From: Bacteroidales bacterium
Lineage (GTDB): Bacteria; Bacteroidota; Bacteroidia; Bacteroidales; WCHB1-69
Direction: 5' to 3'
DNA: 64,000 nucleotides
Assembly (NCBI GenBank): GCA_031253655.1
Contig: JAIRVY010000148.1
Coordinates: 2,121 to 66,120, forward strand
Part shown: piece after piece, positions 48,675-57,249 of the stretch
Position numbering within the stretch: position 1 is the stretch's first letter
How the letters are laid out: every line of letters begins with the position of its first letter
Made by a program: the position numbers and the translations under genes
Notes under the pieces: generated by a model
What the model was told of the DNA's origin: nothing
Databases searched by the model: none
The model's input: the letters and a program-made list of their open reading frames with translations, nothing else

Positions 48675-49481
48675 ATGAATAGAAAATCAAACAATTTATT
48701 TCAACGTGCACTAATAATTCTATTTTTGCACTTCATTTTTGCAAACACAATGTTAGCACAAATAAACACGAATCTTCCTGTGGGTGCTATTCCGGGCGCG
48801 ATTGACGTGTCTCCAATGGGTGCAACAACCTACACCGTTCCCATTGAAGTAGTACCCGGCACGCAAGGAATACAACCCAACCTTTCTATCGTTTACAATA
48901 GTTCTGGTGGTATGGGATTATTGGGCATGAAATGGGACTTGGTAGGGCTGAGCGCGATAACCCGAAGCGGACAACTACCTTATTTTAATGGCCACTTAAC
49001 TGCCATACAATTTAATAATAACGATCGGTTTAATTTAGACGGCAACAGATTGTGTAATATTGAAGGCAGCGCCTATGGTGCAGTGGGCACCAAATATGCA
49101 CTGGAAATGGAAGATTTTTCACGTATCGTTTCACACGGCGGCTCACTCGGACATCCCGATTATTTTACGACTTACACCGATGGACTTCCAACTCAAATGC
49201 ACCACTTCGCAACAAATAAACATAGTTTTTACACCCCACGAATGCAGGAAGTTGTTAAACCATTAGGTCTTGACCTTAGCAGTTCCTGGAATAAAGCGCT
49301 AATGCCTCATGTAGGAAGACACCCTGATGCATATCATAGATTTGTTCTTGACCAGATGACAAAGGCTTCAAATGCAGCTGGAGGCAATCAGGCAATATTT
49401 TTACAACTTTACAATAATATCGTAGTTCAACCGGTATTAGACAATCCATTAATGCTTAGAAAAGTGGGCTGGCTGAAGTAA
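48675..49481 (+). CDS. Collapsed polymorphic toxin: SpvB/TcaC-type N-terminal domain fused directly to an xHH-type HNH/EndoVII-like nuclease tip
   Basis: Signal peptide. PGAIDVSPMGATTYTVPIEVVPGTQGIQPNLSIVYNSSGGMGLLGMKWDLVGLSAITR is an SpvB-domain signature. C-terminal QMHHFATNKH...GLDLSSSWNKALMPHVGRHPDAYHRFV fits the AHH-like pattern (HH ... G-x-D-x ... N ... P ... H-x-G-x-H-x-x-Y). No FG-GAP or RHS shell lies between them. Confidence 0.6.
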   Translation: MNRKSNNLFQRALIILFLHFIFANTMLAQINTNLPVGAIPGAIDVSPMGATTYTVPIEVVPGTQGIQPNLSIVYNSSGGMGLLGMKWDLVGLSAITRSGQLPYFNGHLTAIQFNNNDRFNLDGNRLCNIEGSAYGAVGTKYALEMEDFSRIVSHGGSLGHPDYFTTYTDGLPTQMHHFATNKHSFYTPRMQEVVKPLGLDLSSSWNKALMPHVGRHPDAYHRFVLDQMTKASNAAGGNQAIFLQLYNNIVVQPVLDNPLMLRKVGWLK

Positions 49482-49520
49482 ATACAACAAAGAATATAAC
49501 AACATAATAAAATTAAACAG

Positions 49521-50120
49521 ATGAATTACTATTTATTTAGTGGAAAAAATGCCCCCAAAGTGGCAAGTGCTTTTGCTCCGGAAGGTACTAAGCCAATTTA
49601 TGAATTAATTCTCGAATTAGATAATTTGAATGAATTACCTTTTGAATTTGAGTTAGTAAAACTTACCGTTGGTAGAAATGGGCTTATCAAGAGCAATGAT
49701 TTATCAAATTTAGAAGTAATATGGTTGGATTATCAGCCCGACAATAAGATAGGTTCATTATTTTCTAAAAAAATAAAGACAATCATTACAGAACATTTAA
49801 CCGGTAATGAGGGGATTGATTGGCTTACGGCAAAAGTTAATGGTAATGGCGAGCAGAGAACTTATTATATTCCGCGTTTTGAAAAGATGCTGAATGTACT
49901 TAATTTTGAAAAATGCACCTATAATAAAATAGCAGGTGGAGTAATAATACCTTGTTTTTCATTAGAAAAAGTAAAAAATTACAGTATATTCCACCAGCCA
50001 GATTCTACAGAATTTTTATGGAAAATTCCTACTGGACTTTACATTAGCGAGACGCTTAAAAAGGCGATACAAAAAGAGAAGTGTACGGGAGTAAGTTTTG
50101 AGCGAACATGGGTATCTTAA
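49521..50120 (+). CDS. Putative cognate immunity protein (Imm11/DUF1629-like)
   Basis: Sits immediately downstream of the toxin tip. 199 aa cytoplasmic protein; the MNYYLF start and C-terminal ...CTGVSFE resemble my memory of DUF1629. Unverified. Confidence 0.4.
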   Translation: MNYYLFSGKNAPKVASAFAPEGTKPIYELILELDNLNELPFEFELVKLTVGRNGLIKSNDLSNLEVIWLDYQPDNKIGSLFSKKIKTIITEHLTGNEGIDWLTAKVNGNGEQRTYYIPRFEKMLNVLNFEKCTYNKIAGGVIIPCFSLEKVKNYSIFHQPDSTEFLWKIPTGLYISETLKKAIQKEKCTGVSFERTWVS

Positions 50121-50143
50121 GGAAATAACAATCTGAATTATTA

Positions 50144-50171
50144 ATAGCCTGCTTTCGAGTGGGCTATTTTT
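50144..50171 (+). terminator. Intrinsic terminator after the immunity gene
   Basis: ATAGCCTGCT-TTCG-AGTGGGCTAT: 10-bp stem with two G-U pairs and a UUCG tetraloop, followed by TTTTT. Confidence 0.6.
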
Positions 50172-50174
50172 AGT

Positions 50175-50390
50175 TTACAGAGCTGCGATATTTTGTTGAA
50201 CGTAATCTTTAAATCGTTTTTTAGATACAAATGTTTCTATCAGCTTTAGGAGTATTGATTTTTCCTCTGTATCCAACTCATTGATAAGTTGCAGTTGCTC
50301 CAGAGTATCATTATCTTTTCGCTTACCTCTCCGGGTACGCCGTTTTTCTCGTCAAAGAAAATCAAGTCATCTACAGACATTCCAAAATGT
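50175..50390 (-). pseudogene. 3' remnant of an XRE-type HTH regulator gene, frameshifted
   Basis: Hand translation gives ...FGMSVDDLIFFDEKNGVPGEVSEK, then a +1 shift near 50311-50320 into DNDTLEQLQLINELDTEEKSILLKLIETFVSKKRFKDYVQQNIAAL*. There is no N-terminal HTH. Confidence 0.4.
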
Positions 50391-50593
50391 TTGAGTAATA
50401 AACAACCAACCATTATCCTAATGGGAACGCTCGGAGTTCCTTTATCAGATTAGTATGCTTTAATTTTTTTTTTAAAATAGTTCCAATCAATTGTATTGGC
50501 TAATAAAACTAGTTCATGATTAAGATTTATCATATCTTCAAGCCGAACCCGAAAAAACTCAAATTGTTCTTTATTTTGTAATTTTCCTAACAT
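50391..50593 (-). mobile_element. IS5/IS1182-like transposase N-terminal (DUF772-like) stub with in-frame stop; no DDE domain
   Basis: MLGKLQNKEQFEFFRVRLEDMINLNHELVLLANTIDWNYF...AY*SDKGTPSVPIRIMVGCLLLKH matches the conserved N-terminus of IS5-group transposases. TAA at 50450-50452 interrupts it. Confidence 0.5.
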
Positions 50594-50749
50594 AATTTGC
50601 CACTTTTTAGACCACAAAGATACAAAAAATGGCGAGAAAAACAACACTTTTTATATATTATTTTACTAACAATCAAATGTTTATATCTTTTTTAAGGAGC
50701 GACTAATTAGTTTTTAAAGATTCTTCGTTAAAATGTTGTTGTAGTTCCT

Positions 50750-51673
50750 TTACAAGGCAAAATCATCTAACCGTTTCTTTAGTCCCTCATATTTAAGTTT
50801 ATAGATGGTAGTTTCTTTAAAATAGTGTTCAAAAAAATCGGGGGTTAAGTTTGCTAAAACTTCTTCCTGCTTCCCAACAAACGAAGGGCGTAACAAAATT
50901 GCCTTCTCATTAACGGGGGCATCTGCGTTGTTTGGGCAAACATTTTGACATTCATCGCAGCCAATTAGCCAGCCATATTTAGCTATTTTAGTAAAGTTAG
51001 TTTCATTTTTATTTAAGTTAATATTAGAAATACAAAGATTACTATCCACTTGATATGGGGCAACAATGGCCTTTGTAGGACAAACAGCGATACACTGTCT
51101 GCAACTACCGCAGCTACCGAGATTAGGATTATCATAAATATCAACTTCTGCATTTATTAACAGACACCCCAAATAGACAAAAGAGCCGAATTTTGTCTGA
51201 ATTATACCGTTTTTCCCATAATAGCCTATTCCTGCCTGCACCGCCCACGCTTTTTCCGAAATAACCGAGGAATCTACTGTAATCCTATAATTAACCAATC
51301 CATATTTTTCTTGCAAACTACACGCCAAATCTTCCAACTTTTCTTTCATAAAAATGTGATAGTCTTTAATTTGTGCATATTGCGAAATTTGAGATTTGAA
51401 ATTTGAGATTTGAGATTTGAGTTGTAGAAATTGGGTGTTGTAATTATAACCACAAACAATTACCGATTTACAGTGTGCCAATAACAATTCAGGGTGAAAC
51501 CTTTTATCAATATCTCGTTCCAAAAATTCTTTATTGGCGTGCAAATTTTGAGCTATTGCTTTTTCAAAACGCTCTTTTTCAACAGGTAAAGGTTTTGCTT
51601 TGGTAATGCCACATAAGGCGAAACCTTGTTTTCGAGCTTCTTCTTTAATAAAATCTGAATTAATCCGTATCAT
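50750..51673 (-). CDS. queG: Epoxyqueuosine reductase
   Basis: CGSCRQCIAVCP and CDECQNVCP ferredoxin motifs; cobalamin-domain-like N-terminal half. Carries a heptamer-array insertion. Confidence 0.85.
   Translation of the reverse strand: MIRINSDFIKEEARKQGFALCGITKAKPLPVEKERFEKAIAQNLHANKEFLERDIDKRFHPELLLAHCKSVIVCGYNYNTQFLQLKSQISNFKSQISQYAQIKDYHIFMKEKLEDLACSLQEKYGLVNYRITVDSSVISEKAWAVQAGIGYYGKNGIIQTKFGSFVYLGCLLINAEVDIYDNPNLGSCGSCRQCIAVCPTKAIVAPYQVDSNLCISNINLNKNETNFTKIAKYGWLIGCDECQNVCPNNADAPVNEKAILLRPSFVGKQEEVLANLTPDFFEHYFKETTIYKLKYEGLKKRLDDFAL
51386..51420. repeat. Heptamer tandem array (A/G)ATTTGA x5 inside queG
   Basis: aatttga gatttga aatttga gatttga gatttga on the + strand, encoding KSQISNFKSQIS on the - strand. 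Confidence 0.85.
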
Positions 51674-52917
51674 CGCGTATCTCGTTGTGGTTCAATAATA
51701 TATTTGCTAAATAGAAAATGTTTATTCACAAACTCTAATATCTCCACCGCCACTTCCGATTTTGGTTTACATTTGCCTTCAAATACTACCCCATTTTTTG
51801 CGAAAATCTTAACTTGATTGGTAACACTTTTAAAACCGGCACCTTTGTCTTTCAAAGAATTAAGGACAATAAAATCGGCATTTTTTTGTTGCAGTTTTTG
51901 TAGTGCGTTTGTCTCTTCGTTTTCGGTTTCCAAGGCAAAGCCAACCAAACATTGATTTTTAGTTTTTCTTTTCCCTAGTTCAAACAAGATATCTGTTGTT
52001 TTTTGCAAAGAGAGTTCCCAATCTTTATTTTTCTTTTTTATTTTTTCGGAGAAAACGATTTTTGGGGAGTAATCGGCAACTGCAGCCGCCATAATGATGA
52101 GGTTTGTATCTTTAGCATGAAACAATGTCTGATCCAACATATCCTTTGCCGTTTGTATATCAATTCTTATAATTGCTTTATTTACAGTTTGTAACGAAAC
52201 GGGGCCCGTAATAAGAATAACCTTCGCACCGTGATCTGCCAATTCTTCGGCAAGGGCAAATCCCATCAATCCTGATGAATGGTTTCCTATAAAACGTACA
52301 GGGTCAATCGATTCGTATGTAGGACCAGCAGTAACTACCGCCTTAACTCCTAAATATATTTTTTTTGCTGTAAAAAAATCTGTAACTATCTGAAAGATTT
52401 TTTCAGGTTCTTCCATTCTGCCTTTTGCAGAAATTCCGCATGCCAAGTCGCCTTCTGTGGGTTCAATTATGTGGCAACCTTGTTTTGTAAGTCGTTCTAT
52501 ATTACGCTGTACCGCGTCGTTTTCATACATATTAACATTCATAGTGGGAGCTATGAAAATCGGTTTCTTTACAGCCAACAACAAGGAGGAAAGCGCGTCA
52601 TCTGCAATGCCGTTGGCGAACTTTCCAATAATATTTGCCGTTGCGGGGGCTACTACTACTACATCTGCCCAATCGGCAATCGAAATATGTTCCACCGAAA
52701 ATGGCTCTTTCCTTACAAAACAATCCGAATAGACCGCATTTTGTGATAATGTTTCCAACGACATTAGTGTTACAAATTGCAGTCCGTTTTGGGTAATAAC
52801 CACTTTTACATTATGTCCAGCTTTTACAAATAAACGTATTAGCGACAAAGATTTATACGCTGCGATGCCGCCAGATATTCCGATAATGATTTTTTTTGAA
52901 GTCGTTTCCGGCTTCAT
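51670..52917 (-). CDS. coaBC: Bifunctional phosphopantothenoylcysteine decarboxylase / phosphopantothenate--cysteine ligase
   Basis: IIGISGGIAAYKS flavoprotein N-domain and a CoaB C-domain. Its stop overlaps the queG start (ATGA). Confidence 0.9.
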   Translation of the reverse strand: MKPETTSKKIIIGISGGIAAYKSLSLIRLFVKAGHNVKVVITQNGLQFVTLMSLETLSQNAVYSDCFVRKEPFSVEHISIADWADVVVVAPATANIIGKFANGIADDALSSLLLAVKKPIFIAPTMNVNMYENDAVQRNIERLTKQGCHIIEPTEGDLACGISAKGRMEEPEKIFQIVTDFFTAKKIYLGVKAVVTAGPTYESIDPVRFIGNHSSGLMGFALAEELADHGAKVILITGPVSLQTVNKAIIRIDIQTAKDMLDQTLFHAKDTNLIIMAAAVADYSPKIVFSEKIKKKNKDWELSLQKTTDILFELGKRKTKNQCLVGFALETENEETNALQKLQQKNADFIVLNSLKDKGAGFKSVTNQVKIFAKNGVVFEGKCKPKSEVAVEILEFVNKHFLFSKYIIEPQRDTR

Positions 52918-52923
52918 AACAGG

Positions 52924-53256
52924 TTATTTTACAGGAGATTTGAAGTAAATCTCATTGTTTTCAAATTCTTGAATTGCTAATACGGAAGGTTTTGGCAATT
53001 GCTCGTAAAAACGTGCCAATTCTATCTGTTCCTTATTTTCATGCGTTTCATCAAACGCATCATGAGAATGATGGGAAACAACGTCTTTCACGTTTTCATG
53101 AAAATCTTCTTTAAACTCAGAAGCGATTTGATTCGCTCTTTTCGACAGAATGGCTACGGTTTTATAAATATTTCCCGTTTCTTTGTCAAATGCTCTTAAA
53201 TCTCGCGTAATAGCAAAAGGATTAATTTTTACTCTGGTAAATTCATTCGCTTTCAT
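52924..53256 (-). CDS. rpoZ: RNA polymerase omega subunit-like protein
   Basis: NIYKTVAILSKRANQI resembles the omega core helix. The bamD-rpoZ-coaBC order is as I recall it in Bacteroidota. Confidence 0.6.
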   Translation of the reverse strand: MKANEFTRVKINPFAITRDLRAFDKETGNIYKTVAILSKRANQIASEFKEDFHENVKDVVSHHSHDAFDETHENKEQIELARFYEQLPKPSVLAIQEFENNEIYFKSPVK

Positions 53257-53265
53257 CCTGATAAT

Positions 53266-54216
53266 TTATTTTTTTTGTTCTTCTAATTTTTTTATTTGAA
53301 TTTCTGCATCGGCAGCAATTTTCTTACTCTCTGCTAAAAAACTACTTTCCGGATACAGCATTTGCAATTTTTCGCAGGCTTCCACACAATCTTTATATCT
53401 GTAGTATTTTTTATGTTCCACGCTTTTTCGTGCGAAATCGTAATTGTTTTTTATTAATATGGACAGCACTTCCGATGTATATTTTGAGAAGGAGTAATTT
53501 TTTAAAAAATTATTAACCATTATTTGAGTGGCTTCATAATTCTCTGTATCGTAATACATTTTAATATTTTCCATATCCTTTTTCGCCAACTTGTTGTGTA
53601 GATTGTCTAATATCTCATTACATTCTTCAATATGTTTACTATGAGGATATTGTTGGATAAACAGCTTTACTTCATCAATAGCGTAGCGGGTGGTATATTG
53701 GTCTAACTGATATTCGGGAGAGTTATAGTAGAGTGCTTTCACAGCATTCAGGGCAGCTAATTCCGTTCTTTCCGTTCCTGGGTATCTTCTCATATATTCC
53801 TTGAAATGGAATGCTGCCATTTGATAATCATTGTTTTGGAAATAAGAGTCGGCAAAATAGAAAAGTATCGTGTCTCCAATCGGAGTACCTATGGCTAAGG
53901 GATACAATTCTTCAAAAATGCGTGCTGCCGAAAGATACGCCCTTTTGTCGTAATAACTAACCGCCTTATCAAAAGATTGCCGAAAAGTCTCAAAATTTAC
54001 TTTCCCCTTACTTGTTTTAGATTTTTTTGCCTTCTTTTTTTTACTTTTTAAATCAATTGGGGAGACGTTTGATGTCAAAACCGGATATATTTCGCCTGAA
54101 TATTGATTGATTTTTTGGAAAGAAACACAGTTCTCGGAAGCAAACGCATCCCCGAAAAACAAGCATAAAATCAATAAAATCAACAGATTAAATTCTATTT
54201 GACGTTTTTTTTTCAT
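53266..54216 (-). CDS. bamD: BamD-like TPR outer-membrane assembly lipoprotein (ATG 54216 preferred over TTG 54225)
   Basis: Signal peptide, TPR-like YF.A...Y....Y..A...F repeats, genomic context. Confidence 0.6.
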   Translation of the reverse strand: MKKKRQIEFNLLILLILCLFFGDAFASENCVSFQKINQYSGEIYPVLTSNVSPIDLKSKKKKAKKSKTSKGKVNFETFRQSFDKAVSYYDKRAYLSAARIFEELYPLAIGTPIGDTILFYFADSYFQNNDYQMAAFHFKEYMRRYPGTERTELAALNAVKALYYNSPEYQLDQYTTRYAIDEVKLFIQQYPHSKHIEECNEILDNLHNKLAKKDMENIKMYYDTENYEATQIMVNNFLKNYSFSKYTSEVLSILIKNNYDFARKSVEHKKYYRYKDCVEACEKLQMLYPESSFLAESKKIAADAEIQIKKLEEQKK

Positions 54217-54244
54217 AGCGGGCAAATGTATACTTTTATCTGTT

Positions 54245-57016
54245 CTATTTTAAGTAGTTTTCCTCAAAAAATTGTCCATACATATTCCTGTCATCCGGTT
54301 TGGCGTAATAAATTGAATAATTTGTGGCAGAAATAGCATATACAATAATATTTTTCTCTTTTATCATATAGGAAAAAAGTTCATAGGTTGTCATAGCAGT
54401 ATGATAATTCATAGCATCCGTCTTTCCCTTAAATCTGGCAATCGTTACCAATTGTTGGTTTTGGTTAATATAAAAACTATTGATATTGAAGCGTTCCAAG
54501 CTGAAAAAAGTAGAGTTAAAAGTATCGATATCATATTTCAATTCGTTAACGGTTCTACTATGCACATCAACAAGCACAATGATATAGTGCATTTCATCAA
54601 TATTTGTGTTAAACGGCGATTCTTTCGGCATAGAAACAGTTCCACCTTCTGTTACGGGGTCTGACATAATTATTCCTTGCGTACTAGTTTCTGATGTTTT
54701 GGCGAGTGCGGAAAGTGTTGAGAGATAAATCTTTGCCAGTTCTGCTACCTCCTCTTTCGGAAATTCCTTAATAATTTGCTTAAGGGCATTTCTAAGAATC
54801 TCCTGGTCTTCTAATTGACCTACGGCAACCGCTCTCAGATAGGCTATTTTTGATTTCAGCGTAATTTCACGTGTTTGTCCAAGCAGTTCGTCAGCAAGTT
54901 GAACAGTAGATTCCCACTGTTTGGCTTTGTAGGCTTGATAAAGTTGCTCATACCTGCGTTCATTTTCTTTGGCAGTTTCCGCTAATTTTTTATAGTAGTC
55001 GGGGTCTAAAATCAACTTTGCATAATCAGAATCGGGATGATGGGTAAGGATGTAGTTTTTCGCCTCATTTGCCTTGATTGCATTTTTCAGTTTTGTATTA
55101 TTCGACCAAAGTATAAAGTAAGCAGGCAAAACCAAATCACTACCTGGAAAGCGCTGTATCAATTTTTGCAGCATCTCGTTTGAGCGTTTCAGGTCGCTCA
55201 ACTGGTCGAAATAGATAATTCCGGCATTGTACATTGCGCTAACAATCAAATTATTAGAAGAATCTATTGCTTGCGGAGTTAAAGGCAGGTCTTGGGTATA
55301 GTACTCCGGTTTTTTGGGGTCAGTTTCTCTTTTTTTTACAGGATTTCCAAACTCATCCAATTCTTCCTCTTCCTGTTTTTCAACTCCGGCGTTAAAGTCG
55401 GCCATATCTTCGAACGACATCACAGATTTATTGCTTATTCTCCAGTTGTCTTCCAATTTTCTGTTTCCAAAACGTCTGTAAAACTCCGTTATACCTTGCG
55501 CAACTAATCCCGGATTATAGAAATACCACTTATTGCTTTGTCCCTGTGTGTTTACATTCACATTTGCAAAGTTAAGTGCTGAACCTAGCACCAGCAATCT
55601 GTCTGCTTCCTCTTTAGCCAATCTTCTCTCCTCCTCCGTATAAATAGCAATCATCTTAGCTACCCAGGTTCTTCTTTCTGTGTCACTCATTTTAGCAATC
55701 CTTTGCAAACTGTCTTGCAACTGAATAATATTCAAATTATCCACTAAATCTCTCAAAATTGAGGATTTTTGGATAATAGCCTCGTGATTAGGAAAATTTT
55801 GCGGCAGCGACAATAAAGTTGTATCGTAATAGGCTTGTGCTTTAACATATTCCTCTTGTTGAAAAAAGATGTCGGCTAATGTTACTGCCGAAAAAGTCCT
55901 TTGGTAGTCGTTATTGGTAAAGGCTGTTACCGATTTGGCAAGATAATTAGCTCTTTCGGCTTCGTCTGAATCTATTCGCGCAATTTCAGAAATAGCATAG
56001 TAAATTTGGTCTTTATAATCTTCATTTTTAGAATCACCGAGCATTTTATTCAACTCCTTCAGAATCATTTTTTTAGACAATGATGTACCGTCATAATTAA
56101 CGGCTAAGTGCATTCTTGCACTAAACTCCATATCGTAATCCGGCGTTGCTTTAATAACTTTTCTGAACCAATACTGTGCGGCTTGTTTATCGTCTAATTT
56201 CTCATATAATTGACCTAAAATAAAATATAAACGCACTTTAAAACTCTTTTTGGGTTTATAATGCAGGGCTAACTTAATGAAATCAATAGCATCTTCAATT
56301 TCTCCGTTAGGTGCAAGCAAGTTATATTCTGCTTCTGCGGCATAGTATTGCAATTTAACATCCTTGGAAACCGATTTTTTTCCAAATTTCTTCTGAATCT
56401 TTACTTTGTTTTTAACATTTGCTTTAGAAGTGGTCTTTGAAGAAGAGGACTTGTTATTATTTTCCGAAATAAGTTGACTAATCTCTTCTAAATATATCTG
56501 TGCACGGACAAAATATCCCTGTTGCATTTCACAACGGGCGAGCCAAATAGTAGATTCCACAATGCTCCCCCATGGTTGATAAGAGCTGGTAATGTAGTTG
56601 AACACCCGCTTGGCTTCATTGTAGTCCTGTTTTAAAAAGTAGGCTTTTCCCATCATCATATAGGCATCGTCCATTGTCTTCACATACTCTATTCCGCGTT
56701 GCAAAATAGAGTGTTTAAAAACAGATTTTGATGCTTTTTCAATGGCTCTATCTAGAGATGGAAACGCGGATGTTAATTCGTTCTTTGGAGGGTAATAATA
56801 GATGGGAAGTACTTCTAAATAATTGTCTTTCTTCTTTTTCTGCAAATCATATCCCCCTTTCACCAGTGCATCTTTTCCGTTAAAGTTCACATTATACTTG
56901 GAGGTAACGGTATGGTATGCTCGGTTGGTAAAAGTATTTTTTCGGGTAGAGCAACCTGTGCCAAACAACAGCACTACGCTCAAAAAAACGCTCAAAAGGT
57001 TATTAGTTTGTTTCAA
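54245..57016 (-). CDS. porW: PorW/SprE-like T9SS TPR lipoprotein
   Basis: Lipobox LFGTGC followed by STRKNTFTNRAYHTVTSKYNVNFNG (SprE-type N-terminus); multiple TPRs; 923 aa. Confidence 0.7.
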   Translation of the reverse strand: MKQTNNLLSVFLSVVLLFGTGCSTRKNTFTNRAYHTVTSKYNVNFNGKDALVKGGYDLQKKKKDNYLEVLPIYYYPPKNELTSAFPSLDRAIEKASKSVFKHSILQRGIEYVKTMDDAYMMMGKAYFLKQDYNEAKRVFNYITSSYQPWGSIVESTIWLARCEMQQGYFVRAQIYLEEISQLISENNNKSSSSKTTSKANVKNKVKIQKKFGKKSVSKDVKLQYYAAEAEYNLLAPNGEIEDAIDFIKLALHYKPKKSFKVRLYFILGQLYEKLDDKQAAQYWFRKVIKATPDYDMEFSARMHLAVNYDGTSLSKKMILKELNKMLGDSKNEDYKDQIYYAISEIARIDSDEAERANYLAKSVTAFTNNDYQRTFSAVTLADIFFQQEEYVKAQAYYDTTLLSLPQNFPNHEAIIQKSSILRDLVDNLNIIQLQDSLQRIAKMSDTERRTWVAKMIAIYTEEERRLAKEEADRLLVLGSALNFANVNVNTQGQSNKWYFYNPGLVAQGITEFYRRFGNRKLEDNWRISNKSVMSFEDMADFNAGVEKQEEEELDEFGNPVKKRETDPKKPEYYTQDLPLTPQAIDSSNNLIVSAMYNAGIIYFDQLSDLKRSNEMLQKLIQRFPGSDLVLPAYFILWSNNTKLKNAIKANEAKNYILTHHPDSDYAKLILDPDYYKKLAETAKENERRYEQLYQAYKAKQWESTVQLADELLGQTREITLKSKIAYLRAVAVGQLEDQEILRNALKQIIKEFPKEEVAELAKIYLSTLSALAKTSETSTQGIIMSDPVTEGGTVSMPKESPFNTNIDEMHYIIVLVDVHSRTVNELKYDIDTFNSTFFSLERFNINSFYINQNQQLVTIARFKGKTDAMNYHTAMTTYELFSYMIKEKNIIVYAISATNYSIYYAKPDDRNMYGQFFEENYLK

Positions 57017-57249
57017 GATAGAGTTATTTTTTTTGATTAACGTATTTTAATGATTAATATTTTTTGGAAGGGTAATTTAGTTAAAAATAAACACTGTGAA
57101 ACTACAAGGCGACAGCTTTTTGTTTTATTAAGAGCAGGAGACTCAAAATAATTCATTTCTACTTATTAATTTTTCAAAAAGGTAAAGTTCCGTTAGAACT
57201 TTCTAAATAATCTTCCAAAAATTGCGAAAAGAATAATAATATCCCATCT

